The translations under genes and the position numbers were made by a program. From positions 16,126,284-16,190,283 of the forward strand of contig JAUZTB010000065.1 of NCBI GenBank assembly GCA_034780895.1: 64,000 bases of DNA, in the 5' to 3' direction. Each line of letters begins with the position of its first letter. Positions within the stretch are counted from its first letter, which is position 1. The DNA is from Rhynchobatus australiae. Lineage: Eukaryota. Under the pieces are notes generated by a model. The model had not been told where the DNA came from and made no database searches. It saw nothing but the letters and a program-made list of their open reading frames with translations. This document shows, in pieces, positions 12,280 through 25,944 of the stretch.

Positions 12280-15060
12280 TAAAAAAAACTGCAGATGTCT
12301 TAAATGCAGAAATCTTAAAAAAAAATTAAAAATGCTGGAAATACTAAGCAGTTCAGGCTGCATTTGTGGACAGTTGAAGTTTCATGTTGAAGACTCTTTA
12401 TCAGAACTGGAAAAAGAAAAACTGGTTAAGCTGCATGGAAAGTGAGGGGGCTGGGGGAAATGTCTCTGATAGGATGGCCATGGGGATAAACTGTGAGTAA
12501 GGTCAATCAGTGAATGAGAGCAATGAGAGAGAAAGAACACAGACAAAAGTATGTAAGAGTTGCAAAATACAGAGCAGGAAGACATGCCAGGCAGGTTAGG
12601 CTGGGCATATCCTCCACTTCCAGAGACAAATAAAAAGTGCTAATAATCACTAATGGACAACGCATACAGACAGAGAAATCAAGTTACCTGAATTTGTAGA
12701 TTTTAATATTGAGCCTAGAAGATTGCATCATGTCCAGATGGAAGATAAGTTGCTGTTCTTCAATCTTGCATTGGGCCTCACTGTAAGAGTGCAGGAGGCC
12801 ACAGACTGTTAGAATGAGGTGGCGAACTAAAGTGGCAGGCAACAGGAAGCTTGAGGTCACCCTTGTGAACTGAACACAGACACTGCACAAAGTGGTCACC
12901 AAACCTGTGTAGAGCAAATTACATTGTTAACACCAGATTGGAAGAAGTGCAAGAGATTCACTGCTTCACTTGGAAATACTGTTTGGGTACCTGGATGGTG
13001 AGAAGGGAAAAGCTGAAAGGACAAGTGTTGTATTGTAAAGGGGGGGAGGGAAAGAGAGGAGGTTGGTGGAATGGAAGAGTGAAGGGAACGGCCCCTGTGA
13101 AATGCTGAAAGGGCAAGATGTGTCTGGTGATGGAATTTCTGAAGGTGGCGGAAACAGTAGACATCTGTTGAACGCTGAGGCTAGTGGGGTGGAAGGAGAT
13201 AAACATGGTAACTCTTTCCTTGCTCTTTTCCACAGGGCATGAGAGTAGAGGCATGGGAAATGGATGAAATGCAATCACTTTGTTAACAATAGTAGACAGG
13301 AAACCAAGGTTCAAGGGAGAAGACACATAAGAGGCACTGTATGGAAAGTCTCAACACTGGAGCAAATACGATGGAAACGGAGGAACCGCGAGTGAGTCCT
13401 GAAAGGAGGGAGGGTGGGACAAAGAATAATCAAGATAGCTGTGGCAGTCGGTAGGCTTGTAATGGATGTTAGTAGCTAGCCTGAGATGGAGACAGATCCA
13501 AAAAGGAAGGAAAGAATCAGAGTCTGACCATGTGAAGGAGAGGAGGACAGAAATTGGCAGCGATAGTAACAAAATTGTCAATTTCTACACAAGTACAGAT
13601 AGCAACACCAATGCAATCATTGATATACTGGAAAAACAGTTGAGGGAGTGAGCCCCAAGTTGAACTGAAACAAAGACTATTCCATTTATCCCATGAAAAA
13701 AACAGGCAGTTTGGATTCATGCCCATAGCTACACTTTTGATCTGGAGAAAGTGAGTGAAGTTGAAGAAGTTGTTCAATGTGAGAACAAGTTCAGCCAGGC
13801 AAACAAGTGTGTTGGAGGAGAACTGGTTGAGTCTCTGCTCAAGTAAGCTGCAGAGGGCCCTCAAACTATCGTGAAGTGGAATGAAGGGATTGTATGTTCA
13901 TAGTAAAGATGAGCCNNNNNNNNNNNNNNNNNNNNNNNNNNNNNNNNNNNNNNNNNNNNNNNNNNNNNNNNNNNNNNNNNNNNNNNNNNNNNNNNNNNNN
14001 NNNNNNNNNNNNNNNGTTGGGACTAGGGAATTGGAAATGGTTAAAGTGGCAGAGGAGATCAGAGTCACAAATACAAGTGGGAGGGAACTGAACCAGAGGA
14101 GAAAGGAAAGATTCAAGGTAGGTAGACAAGTTCAGGATATCAAGGGCAGGCTGAAACAATGCATCTGCCAGGGCAGTCTAGTTTGTGGATGTTGGACAGA
14201 AGATAGAAGTGGACTTTGAGAGGCCAGGACGCCAAAGCTAGAGGCTGTCAAGAGAAGATCTCATGAGGAAATGAGGTCCATGGCTGTCTGGGAGACCATG
14301 GTTTGATGTTCAGTGGTGGTGTCATAATCCACAGGGAGGTACAAGGGGGGGTCTGAGAGCCAATGTCCAGTCTATGCGAGATATAGGTCAACTTCATCAG
14401 TGCGTTTGATAACGATATCAGAGTTGGTTCTTAATGAATGGAATGCTACAAATTCATTGGAGAGGGAAGTGGAAGGGTCAAGGCAGTCAACATCAAGTCA
14501 GCAGTTAGCAACAGATAAATATAGACAGGGTAAGTGTTCGTAGGGTGGAGTCCAGGTGGATGAGGAGTACTGGACAGGCGAAAGTGTGCACAGCATGGGG
14601 TGAAGGCTCATTGCCAAAGAAGTGGGCACAGAGGCAGAAAGAAGAGTTCAACATCACATTGAGCTCAGAACTCATTAAGATGGGTACATAGGGGGATGGA
14701 AAAAACAGAGGCCTCTGCCGAGGACTGATCATTTAGAAACAGAGAGGGGAAGATCAGAAGGTTAGTGAAAACACAACAGGGGTGGGACTGGAGAGAGATA
14801 TGGAGTCTGAGGAAAGTGAAGGGGGAGAAAAGTACTCTATTGCAGCACCAAATGTGACAAAGAACAAAGAGGAGCTGTGGACCACAACAGCTTTGAATTA
14901 GAGTGCTGTTGTTAGAAGGTAGGGGGGGAGAAAGAGAGAGAGAATGAATGCACATGCCAATGCATGGCATTGAGTGTGGATCTAAGTATTCAAAGAGATC
15001 AAGCCCTCGAAAGACTTTGGATAGTTTGAACATAGCTGTGATCCTGGGTCAGAACTGTGA
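12280..15060 (-). mobile_element. Degenerate Penelope-like retroelement (RT + GIY-YIG endonuclease), broken by frameshifts, stops and an N gap
   Basis: Minus-strand fragments in the expected order: IPLCTHLNEF (N-term), CLAELVLTLNNF..HFLQIKSVAMG (RT), FFQYINDCIG (decayed YIDD), ATNIHYKPTDCHSYLDYSLSHP (thumb), QVPKQYFQVKQ, GLLHSYSEAQCKIEEQQLIFHL..RLNI (GIY-YIG C-term), then a terminal repeat with a hammerhead-like motif at 12371-12409. Confidence 0.85.
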
Positions 15061-15224
15061 AGAATGGAATTTCAGTTGGAATCCATGTGGGGAAGAGTTG
15101 GAGCCAGACACATTTGCTAAGGAAAGATGTGGCTATGGAATCAGGTTTTGGTCAACAACCTATCAAAAGACAAGAAGGGAAACAGAAACCACAAGGGTGA
15201 ACAAGACAACAACTTGGATGAGAA

Positions 15225-16090
15225 TTGAAGTGGCGTGATGAGAAAGTTTGCAGATGAGGCCGTACTTGGTGGTATAATGGACAGTAAAGAAGATTGTCCA
15301 AGGTTGCAAAAGGAGAAAGTAGGCAAAGGAATGGCAGATGGAATTCAACAGAGACAAGTGTAAAGTGATGCATTTACAGAAATTAAACCAGGGCAGAACA
15401 TACACGATGAATAGCAAGGCCCTGGGGGTGTTGTAGAACATAGTGGCCAAGGGGTACAATGTACATATTTCTGAAAGCAGCAACATAGTTAGACAGGGTT
15501 GTGAAGGTGGCATATTGGCACATTTGCTTTCATTGGTCAGCTGGGACATCATGCTACAGCTATACAAGATGTTGGTGAGACTGCACTTGGAATATCATGT
15601 GCGGTTCTGGTAGCCTAGCTTTAGGAAGGATGTCAATAAGTTAGAAAGGGTAGAAAAGATTCACAAGGATGTTGTCAGGACTGGAGGGCTCGAGTTATAA
15701 AGAGAGACTGGAGAGGCCGAGATATGACCTTAGAAGTTTATAAAATCATGAGGGGCATAGATAAGGTGAATGGTTGCAGTCTTTTTCCCAGGTAGGGGAA
15801 ATTAGAGAGCATAGGTTTTAGGTGGGGGGGGTGGGGGCAGGAGAGATTTAAAGGGGACCTGAGGGGCAGGTTTCTCCACAGAGGATGATGGGTATATGAA
15901 ACGAGCCGTCAGTGGTAGAAGCGAGTGCCATTACAATCTTTAAAAGTCATTTGGACAGGTACATGGATAAGAAAGGTTTAGAGGGATATGGGCCAAACAC
16001 AGTCAAATGGGACTAGATCATGTAGGCACCTAGGTCGATATGGACAAGTTGGGCCGAAGGTTCTATTTCAGCGCAGTACAACTCTGCGAG
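15225..16090 (+). mobile_element. CR1/HER1 LINE 3' part (RT C-terminus + tail)
   Basis: KFADEAVLGGIMDSKEDC, EWQMEFNRDKCKVMH, LYKMLVRLHLEY and EVYKIMRGIDKV, with tail GGACAAGTTGGGCCGAAGG. Confidence 0.9.
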
Positions 16091-18249
16091 ACAGACAGAT
16101 GGAAATGACATCAGAGAGCAGAGTACAGGTTCTTCAGGTTCCGGGAAGACAAGTGGCAGTGAATTTAATGAGTAATAAAAATCAAAAAGTACAGAGGCTG
16201 GGTATCAAAAAAATATGCATAATATTTGCTTGACTGAATCCAGTACTCTATTTGGAAGTTAATGAACACTGCAATCTGATTACCTGAATGGAATCACTCT
16301 ACCAGAAACCTATATATAAATTATGACATTACTGCTAGAACCACCAACTGTCCATGAAGCAAAGTTAATGGAAAAATCATNNNNNNNNNNNNNNNNNNNN
16401 NNNNNNNNNNNNNNNNNNNNNNNNNNNNNNNNNNNNNNNNNNNNNNNNNNNNNNNNNNNNNNNNNNNNNNNNNNNNNNNNNNNNNNNNNNNNNNNNNNNN
16501 NNNNNNNNNNNNNNNNNNNNNNNNNNNNNNNNNNNNNNNNNNNNNNNNNNNNNNNNNNNNNNNNNNNNNNNNNNNNNNNNNNNNNNNNNNNNNNNNNNNN
16601 NNNNNNNNNNNNNNNNNNNNNNNNNNNNNNNNNNNNNNNTCATTGATCCTGTCACCAAAGGGAACAACATCTACCATCTACTCTGTCCAGGTTTCTCCTT
16701 GTTTTATTTACTTCTATTAAACCTTCCTGCATCCTTCTCTTCTCTAAAGAAACCAAAGTCCCAGCCTCTAATCTATCCCAACAATGCCCATTGGTTAATG
16801 CATACAGGTTTATATTGAGTAAAGTAACATTGGATGACTTGTCATTATTTCCAAGTACAGAATTCAGCTATTACTGAGCAACTGTGCAACCTTCCGTCTC
16901 AAACAGAGCAAGCATCGTGGATTTCTTTCTTTTAACTTGTCCAAAACATGCCTTAATAATCAATTAGTAAATTCAATATTCAGTTTAGAACTGAATCAGC
17001 CAGGAGGTTCTGGGTCTGATGCAACCAACTGTGAACATAAGAGACATCGTTCTAGAGAAGGGACATAAAAGCCTCGGATTCTTCACTGGCCTGCTGAAAT
17101 GACAGATGGAGATAATTTTGTTTGATTGTGCCAGATAGCCCCTTACAACTCTCCCATGAAGTAAGAGCCATTTTGGGAGAGGAGAGTGGCAGGTAGACTG
17201 GGAAGCAGAGAAGAATGATGGTTTGGGGAGCTATCAGTGTGGTCTTCAGCTACTGATCTGCAGTCCCCCACCTCCCCTCCCCACAGAAGGGAAAAACATT
17301 AACTACTGTTGCAATCAAAGTCGTAGACTATTATGGCTACTTAGTCTGATCAAGAACCCTCCCTCANNNNNNNNNNGATTTAACTACAGTTAAGCAAGCA
17401 TTAAAATTCTCATTTATAACATTCTGCAAGAAAAACAAAGCAAAGCATTTATCATTGTGTTGTTTCCTTAATAGATACTTCAGAAATACCTCTGATTTAA
17501 AGGGGAATCATCACTGGAATAATTTATTCCAGGAAACAAAACCATTACTTCAATCTGGCAAAATTTATCTTAAATTCCAAGACTAGAAATCAGCATTTAA
17601 AAATAAGACAGTCTGTATAAACAATGGTATTCTTAATGTAGAAATACTTCATATTCCTCTGATGGATTTAGTAAAACCAAATGAATCATAGAAATCTTTA
17701 CCTAGGAAGGCAGTTAATGAATAAATTAGTTCAAGAGAAGAAAGTTTCTGGAGTGAAAAGGCCAAGGAAAACCATAGCTCAGTAGAAAACACATGGTTTT
17801 GCTATATAGACACACACAATATATTTCTGAATTACTGAGAAGACATACAGAAAGCAAAACAGTTATTATATAAAGTTACAGGCAGAAAAGAAGGGAAAGA
17901 AATGCAGAGAAATTCAAAAAAAGTTGACATTTGTCTTCAAAGTAGAGATAAATGGAAGAATGCACGAGTGAAATTACAAACATGGAATCACAAAGTTCAG
18001 CCCAGAAATAAACCATCTTGGACTCAACAATCAATTCTCTTCAAAACCACACTATTTTGCCTTCAAACCTATAAATGTGCTATTAACATCACTAAATAAT
18101 TATATCCTGCATAGCAAAAATGAAAACAGAAAATGTTGGCGATACCTAGCAGGTCAAGCAGCATCCGTAGAAAGAAAACAGAATTAACATTCCAGGTCAA
18201 AGACCCTTCATTAGAACAAGGAATGAAAGAAAACAAGCCCTCAAACTCG

Positions 18250-18465
18250 TGTAGAGAAGTGTCAAAATTCATCAGGCTTTTGAGTAAAGAAATTTCTCAC
18301 CTCATTCGTAAAATAGGTTAGCCCTTATTCTGAGACTGAGTCCTGGATATCAGACCTTCAGCCAGAGGAAACATACTCACTACAACCAGGCAGTCAAACC
18401 CTATAAGAATTTTGCAAGTTTTAATGAGACTTCCCCCTGAGCTTCTAAACAATAGAGAATAAGGC
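18250..18465 (-). mobile_element. CR1-type LINE 3' fragment
   Basis: Reverse complement reads TCTATTGTTTAGAAGCTCAGGGGGAAGTCTCATTAAAACTTGCAAAATTCTTATAGGGTTTGAC (RRLRGDLIETYKIL-like). Confidence 0.65.
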
Positions 18466-19054
18466 ANNNNNNNNNNNNNNNNNNNNNNNNNNNNNNNNNN
18501 NNNNNNNNNNNNNNNNNNNNNNNNNNNNNNNNNNNNNNNNNNNNNNNNNNNNNNNNNNNNNNNNNNNNNNNNNNNNNNNNNNNNNNNNNNNNNNNNNNNN
18601 NNNNNNNNNNNNNNNNNNNNNNNNNNNNNNNNNNNNNNNNNNNNNNNNNNNNNNNNNNNNNNTGGTTTATTNNNNNNNNNNNNNNNNNNNNNNNNNNNNN
18701 NNNNNNNNNNNNNNNNNNNNNNNNNNNNNNNNNNNNNNNNNNNNNNNNNNNNNNNNNNNNNNNNNNNNNNNNNNNNNNNNNNNNNNNNNNNNNNNNNNNN
18801 NNNNNNNNNNNNNNNNNNNNNNNNNNNNNNNNNNNNNNNNNNNNNNNNNNNNNNNNNNNNNNNNNNNNNNNNNNNNNNNNNNNNNNNNNNNNNNNNNNNN
18901 NNNNNNNNNNNNNNNNNNNNNNNNNNNNNNNNNNNNNNNNNNNNNNNNNNNNNNNNNNNNNNNNNNNNNNNNNNNNNNNNNNNNNNNNNNNNNNNNNNNN
19001 NNNNNNNNNNNNNNNNNNNNNNNNNNNNNNNNNNNNNNNNNNNNAAGAGAACGT

Positions 19055-19150
19055 TTGAAGTTCTGATGACAGATCAGTGACTTGAGACATCAACTGTTTC
19101 TCTACACAGTTTCTGCCTGACCTGCTGAGTATTTCCAGCATTTTCCATTT
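19055..19150 (+). repeat. Dispersed Penelope terminal-repeat fragment; further copies near 5210-5290(-), 8590-8690(-), 18120-18220(-), 21690-21810(+), 40415-40520(+), 43340-43440(+), 48605-48695(-), 50985-51030(-)
   Basis: Shared core (A)GTTCTGATGA..GAC(C/T)TGAAAC(G/A)T(C/T)AACTG..CACAGATGCTGCCTGACCTGCTGAGT..TCCAGCA. Confidence 0.75.
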
Positions 19151-19159
19151 TTATAAAAA

Positions 19160-20330
19160 GGGAAAATGCCTTTGACAAATGTTAATGGATTTTGAGATTA
19201 TCACTAACAGAACAAACAAGGGACACCAGTTCATATGATGGATATGGAATTACAATAGGACATCAAATAAGATATCATGGAAGAGATTAATAAACAAAAT
19301 TAAAGTCTATAGTATTAGTGGTAATATATCAATGTGAAATGAACATTACATATTGAACTAACAACTTTAGGAATAAATTGGTCATTTTCAGGTTGGGAGG
19401 CTGATCAATGAGGTGCCACAAGGATTGGTGTTGGACTGCACATGTTCACAGTCTAGATCAAAGAGCCAGATGAGGAATTTATATGCAATACATCCAAATT
19501 TGCTGATGATAAATCTAGTTGGCAATGTTGGCTGTGTGGAGCATACAGAGGCTTCAACAGGACACAGACAAGTTAAGTGAATGGGTGATACTTGGTAGAT
19601 TGAATATAAATGTAGAAAAAATACAAGGACATCCTCTTTCGCAGAAATATAGAAAAGCATAATTCTTTAAAAACAAAGAGGCAAAACCGAAAGACGCTGA
19701 TGCTCATAAAGAATCAGTGGAAGTTGGAATACAGGTACAGCAAGCAGTTATGAAGGCAAACAGAGTATTAGCCTTTATTGCATGAGGATTTGTGCACAAA
19801 GGTGGAAATGCCCAGCTGCAATTATGTGAGACCCTAGCAAGACCATATCTAGAATGATCTGCAGAGGTTTGGTCTCAATACCCAGATATACTTGCAATGG
19901 AGGGAATAAAGCAGAGGCTCACCAGACTGATTCCGAGAATGATGGGCATGTCATATGGATTAGAGATTAAGCAGACTGGCTTATACTCTTGAGTTTAGAA
20001 GAATGAGAAGTGATCTCATTAATACTTACAAAATTCTTGCAATGGATTTGGTAGATACTGAATTAATGTTTCCCCTGGCTGGGGTATTTAGAACCAGATA
20101 CCAAAGTGTCAAAATCTGGGGTTGGCCATTCAGGACAGAGTTGAAAAGAAATTTTCTTCACCCAGAGAATAGCAAATTTTTGTGATTCTCTACCCAAGAG
20201 GGCAGTGTCAGTAGACTGAGATGACTTTTAGCTACTAAAGGATATAGGGCATGATGCTGGAAAATGGGACCAAGGTAAAAGATCGGCCAAAATTTAACTG
20301 AATGGCCTACTCCTACTACTATTTCTCATG
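19160..20330 (+). mobile_element. CR1-type LINE 3' half, degenerate
   Basis: EVPQGLVLD, SKFADDKSSW, MRSDLINTYKIL..MFPLAGVFRTR..KIWGWPFRTELKRNF, and tail GAATGGCCTACTCCTACTACTATTTCTCATGT. Confidence 0.8.
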
Positions 20331-23300
20331 TAAAAAAAAATCACTTTTCTGCTATGATATCTACAAATTTACAACTAGTTTGCACAGCTTACATTACAGT
20401 CCATCATGGTACATAAGCATGTGTGGCACTAAAACGGGATGATTTTTTTTTGCATAAGGAAAAACCTTGCTTTGCTCTTTCTTTCTAGGTCCCAAATATT
20501 CAGTTGAAAATGGCATCCAAAAGTTAGTCAAATGGCAGAATGTAATTTGTCAAGAAATTTTTTCCCAGCCTAGCCAAATTGTTTTTTTTTGCATAGCTTT
20601 TATATTACTTTCATCTTGCATGCATAAAATTTGAAGAAAAATTACCAACACCTAAGAAAATGTGTGCAATATGAAGGGCCTTACAATACCAGTGCAATCA
20701 GCATAATCTCACTGTTTTGGCCTGGGAAAAGGGCCAGTTGTGGGCAAAACTCATCCTGGACAAATCAAACATATTAGCTTAAGGGATCCCAAAAAATTAC
20801 AAATGTACATGTTTGTTTAAAATTCCATAACCTTTGGTGCCAATTCTGTTGATATCATCTATGTTAACAGTGTAAATAAATAGGAATTTTCTCTGCATTT
20901 CTAATATATGAGGCCCGTGCACTTGCATATTTTATAATTCAAATGAATAATGTCATTGCAATTAGAAAAAGAACAGTACTCAGGGCTACCAGTACTCAAG
21001 AAAAGTANNNNNNNNNNNNNNNNNNNNNNNNNNNNNNNNNNNNNNNNNNNNNNNNNNNNNNNNNNNNNNNNNNNNNNNNNNNNNNNNNNNNNNNNNNNNN
21101 NNNNNNNCCAGTACTCAAGAAAAGTACTCAAATACTCCTAGTTCACGTTTTACCACTCTTGCGACAAATTAGCTGGATATCTAATACCTCACACCAATAA
21201 AACATACTGGAAGCTATAAAAATCCAGAGCTTTGGAACAACAGGGCAAGGGGAAACCCGGAGTGTTTTAAAAGCAGAAGATTCATATACAATTCATTCCC
21301 AGGGATATCGTAATCTCAACTGCATTTTAGGGATACAATCCCTGTGGGGAAGAAACGCTAAGATCTCTCTCAAAAATGCATAAATAACTTAAAAAAAACT
21401 TTCTGTAGTAACCAAACATGCCCATTTTAAAATCAATTTGAAAACTGACATATTCTTTAGTTTTGAGAAAACCAGTGACAGATTAAGAGGTTACAAGTTC
21501 AAGATTTGCCATAGTTGCCTTGCTACTGCTTTATTGCCCCTTCACCTCCTCTTATGCATTTTATCTAACTAATTGACACTTCCTAATGAAAAATTTACAA
21601 CTACCAATTTTTGATCCAATTTATTTTCAATTATTTATTACCACAGAGCAAAGTGAAATGCCTCAGCAGTTAACCTATTTTCCTACTTTTCTAGTTCTGA
21701 TGAAGGGCCTTCTCCCTCATCTGTAACCCTTTTCATCCAGTGTGACCTGACCTGCTAAGTGCTTCCAGAATTTTCAGGTTTTATTTCAAATTTCCAGCAT
21801 ATGTAGTTTATTGATTTTCTATGTAAATAAGATTCCTGGACCCAATCCTACTTTTTCTTGCATTTCCTGTGAGAATTCTGCAGTCCTGGTGGCTTGGAAA
21901 ATCTGTGTTAGCACTTCTGCCTAATTGGTAGACAACTTCACAATTAGGAGACCAAGTTGTTACTCTCAAGTGCATAATGTAGAATTCATGAAGTTTTGAG
22001 AGTTTGGAATAGGATTTGCAAGTTTGACTGTTCCATTTACAAACTGAAATACAAATGCCATAGGAGCTTTATTAGGACATCAGACTAGTACTATTTAGTA
22101 CACTAAATCCATTGATTTTAGAAACAGAGCAGTGAATGCTACCCTGTTGATCCCTGACATACAAACAGCTACCTGTGTAGCCATTGTTAACTGTACATCT
22201 ATAATGCATTATTAGACCTCACCCTTTCACCACTGTGAAGCCTTCTCTCACTGTTCTGGACCAATGCTTTAATACATCGTTCAAAGACAGGAAGCAACTC
22301 TTTAATAAATCCATTATCTCTGACCATGCCAATTTGATACTATATTACCCAGCTCCTTTTTAGGCTAGGTTTTAAATTGGTAAAACTGTCCTTACTGATA
22401 CTCTGAATTTCCCTTTCCTGTTTCTCTCAAACTACAAAATGGTCCAGTTGAACAATTTGGGAAAGATGTAAAAGCCAAAAAAAACTTTTTTGCAGAAATA
22501 TAGTGATGTTCCTGGTTATGAGAGCCCTCCCAGGTTTTTGGAGAGGTTGGAAGTTGGGTTCATCCTCTTACTTGTAAGATAGATTGAGTTGACAGAGGAG
22601 GATTTTAAAGTGGTGAGCAACTTTGAGAAAAAACTATTCCATCGCACAATTATACTATTTCAGCAGTACCTCAGAACTTTTCAAAAATATCAAAGCAGGC
22701 AGAAAGTAAATTTCAAAGATCATTAACATTTTGTTCTTAATTTAATGCAAATATTGACTTTTTTATTAAAATGATCTACATTCATCCCTTCACTCATTCT
22801 CCTAAAATTAATAACTGGCAATGCAAAAGAACTAAAGTTAGGAATTCAGAAATGAACTTCATTTGGTTCAAAATAAGCTGCAAGAGTAAACATGGATTAA
22901 AAATTAGTCGGAAGGATTCACAAAGAAGCCGATTATAAAAATAAAGGGGGAAAACAACAGTTAAAAAGTATAAAGAATAAAATCAGATAGATGCATAGAT
23001 ATAGAAATATCAACAGAACAACTCCTTAATTAAAAATGTTATTTTGCTGATTAGTCATAAATACATACATATCTGTTAACAAATCATTTTGTTAGTTTCA
23101 ATCCATTTTCTCTGTACAATATCTGCAACTTCCTTCAGACTTAATAAAAAACTGAGCCCTTTATTCTCCAAATCTGGCCTTTTGCACATTCTTAAATTTT
23201 AAGCACACCAGTACTGTTGGTCTTGCTTTTAGCTACCAGAGTCCCAAGATCTCTCCATTGCTTCTTGTTTCTCCCCCTCCTTTGAGTTAATCCTTAAAAT

Positions 23301-23829
23301 CTCCTCTTGATCAAGGCTTTTGCCTCTTTCCCTAATATTTCTTCACATGGTTTGTGTATTTTTTGTCTAACAGCAACTTCTGTGAAATGACGTTCACTAA
23401 ATTGAAAAGTTGCTATTAAAGCTGCTGTGGGTACAAGTTTGCTACAAATTTGTTCTGTTAAAATACCCAGGGAGGTCTATAGTACTCAACCAAAGGGTTA
23501 TCAATTGTTTACTCATTCCCTTGTAGCAATGGAATGACCAAGATTTAGATTTGAACTAACTTGGATCACTAAAAGAGGGCAAAAGCAGAGAAATGAACAG
23601 AATGTACCACGGGTAGCCTGATGACCTCAAATGTTCTAGGATCCCAATGCCTACTTCAATCTTGATGTCTCAACCGCAGGGAATGTGGACAGAAATGGAG
23701 TCTAGAAGTTGTACAATACTCAGAGGATCCAGATATTGTACTGGGGAGGGGTCCCCCAGTAGCAACTGTAGCCACCTTACACTATCCTAATTCCTATCTT
23801 ATGTTAGACTTTAAGTCAAAGGGTTTTGG

Positions 23830-23992
23830 ATCCTATTGTTGAGAGCTGAGAAGAAAATCCAGGCCGCACTTGAGTAATGAATGATGTTCAATGCTGCAAT
23901 GACAAAATCTACTCACTTTTGGAGATGACAGCAAGTAAAAGCTATGCCTGCCCTCTCAGGCTGATTGAAAGATCCATTAGTACCATTCTGAA
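23830..23992 (+). mobile_element. Deu-domain SINE remnant (SacSINE1/AmnSINE1-like)
   Basis: CTGCCCTCTCAGGCTGATTGAAAGATCCATTAGTACCATTCTGAA resembles the recalled Deu-domain core CTGCCCTCTCAGGTGGATGTAAAAGATCCCATGGCACTATTTCGAA. Confidence 0.55.
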
Positions 23993-23999
23993 TCAATGC

Positions 24000-24210
24000 A
24001 GGTAACTAGAACAGGCCCTTCAGCCTACAAAGTCTGCGCAAAGCACAATCCCAATTTAAACCGATTCCATCTGCCTGCACATGATCTATATTCCTCTATT
24101 CCATGTCCGTTCATCTATCTGTCTAAATGCCTTTTAAAAATTGCTATACTATCTGCTTCCACCATTTCCCTGGCAGGGCATTCCAGGCACCTATCACATA
24201 CTGTATAAAT
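24000..24210 (-). mobile_element. CR1/HER1 LINE 3' end
   Basis: AACAGGCCCTTCAGCC tail. Minus ORFs contain WNALPGK and MVEADSIAIFKRHLDR. Confidence 0.8.
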
Positions 24211-25944
24211 CTTTCTTCTAATGCAAGGGAATGAAAAACATGTATTGTATCTATTCTCAAATTTACCTTCAAGCTCCACAGTATTTTTTTCTTGAATTTG
24301 CACCACACTCTTTCCCAGATCATTAATATATTTATGATTACAGAACACTGAATGCAGCACATGTTAAATTGGAGCAAGCCTCAATACAATTGAAGGTTCA
24401 ATTTTACAATTCTGAATTGGAAGCCCAGACAACTAGAACATTTCCCTAAGTGATCATTTGTGCACTAAATTTTAAGTGATGCCTGTATATGAACAGGCAA
24501 ACACCAAGTCCCTTCTCCACTTTTAGGCTTTGAGAAAATGTTAGAAATATAGGAATGCTCCAACCAGATCACACATGCAAGGAAATACAAGCCAAACTTG
24601 CAAATACTCACTTTAACTTTCCAACACCAAGTATTGTCCAAATTGATCTTCCTCAGATTCAAATATTTCATGATTTCATCTATCTGGTCAATTGATGAGC
24701 CTTTGCAATTTCCTCCTCCATATACGCAACATGCCTCCTAAAAGTTATTTTAAACTTGGATATACATTTTGTTCTCTCACACATAGAAACGTGAGGAAAT
24801 ATGAGCCTTTTCACACATACATTATATGGTCTATGTGTATAGAATTAAAGTGACTGCAGAAGAGTAGACCCAATGCCACATCTCATTTTAAAGCACGATA
24901 ATGCCAAAGAGTCAAGTTACGTTCACTGATTAAGATAGCTGGGGCAGTCTTTCTCAAGCTCACTCCTCTCTGACCTGCATTAGCAACACGCAGAAGTAGG
25001 CCAGATAGAACATAACTATTTGTCCTACTGTTACTCATGCAGGAAGTAAACATTGCAGTTATCAGCAAGCTAGATGCTAAAGGAATACCTGGCACATGTG
25101 GAGGCCATGAAGAGGAAGAAAATCTTATACTCTCAGATGATTACAATAAAACACTTAAAATATGCAACCCATCATAAAATATTCATAATCAGTACCAACT
25201 TTCAGTTTTATGTGAACTAACACATCTTTCGCATAATTGTTCTCTGTGAATCAGAAGCTACCATTTGCACTGAAGTTAGATAAAGTAACAGTTAATGAAG
25301 ATATTGGGGAATTTCTCAGTGGTAATCAGTTTGGGTTTCATAGGAACTCAATGATGTCTCATTTGTTTTTTTAAAAAAATGGAAAAAAACATATACAGTA
25401 CACAAACCTGATTACAGATAATAATCCTAATATTTTTAGTATTCTTTAGTTGGTCAAACACACTTATTTTGCTTGACCAATCTTGTCTTTTGCTTTATTA
25501 GAATATACTTTATCATCAAAATATGGATTTGTACTCACTAATAGTTTAAGGAAATGATATTAACCATAGCATTAAATCAGAGACAACAGGGAATGCCAAA
25601 TTAATTAATACAAAAAGGAAAAAATAAATTAAGGTGATGGTAGAGCTTTTACTAATTAGCCTCAATGCCTAGTTAGAGAGTGAAATATTTGTGAAAAGTC
25701 TTGGTGTGGCTGCAACATTATTTATCTGCTCCTCTGTGCAATGGAATAGCTTAGAAACTTGAAGATCAGTCATATGCTTAACTCTTACTTGAATCTGGAA
25801 ATACTGAAATTGCACTCCATGAGATTTAATAAAGACAAACTGGAGTATCCAGGAAAGAATCAAGGAAATTATCCCCAATCAGAAATTNNNNNNNNNNNNN
25901 NNNNNNNNNNNNNNNNNNNNNNNNNNNNNNNNNNNTTCATTTGA

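Noticed and set aside
17000-17280. Possible LF-SINE-like ancient element
   Set aside because: Resemblance too weak to support without a profile search.
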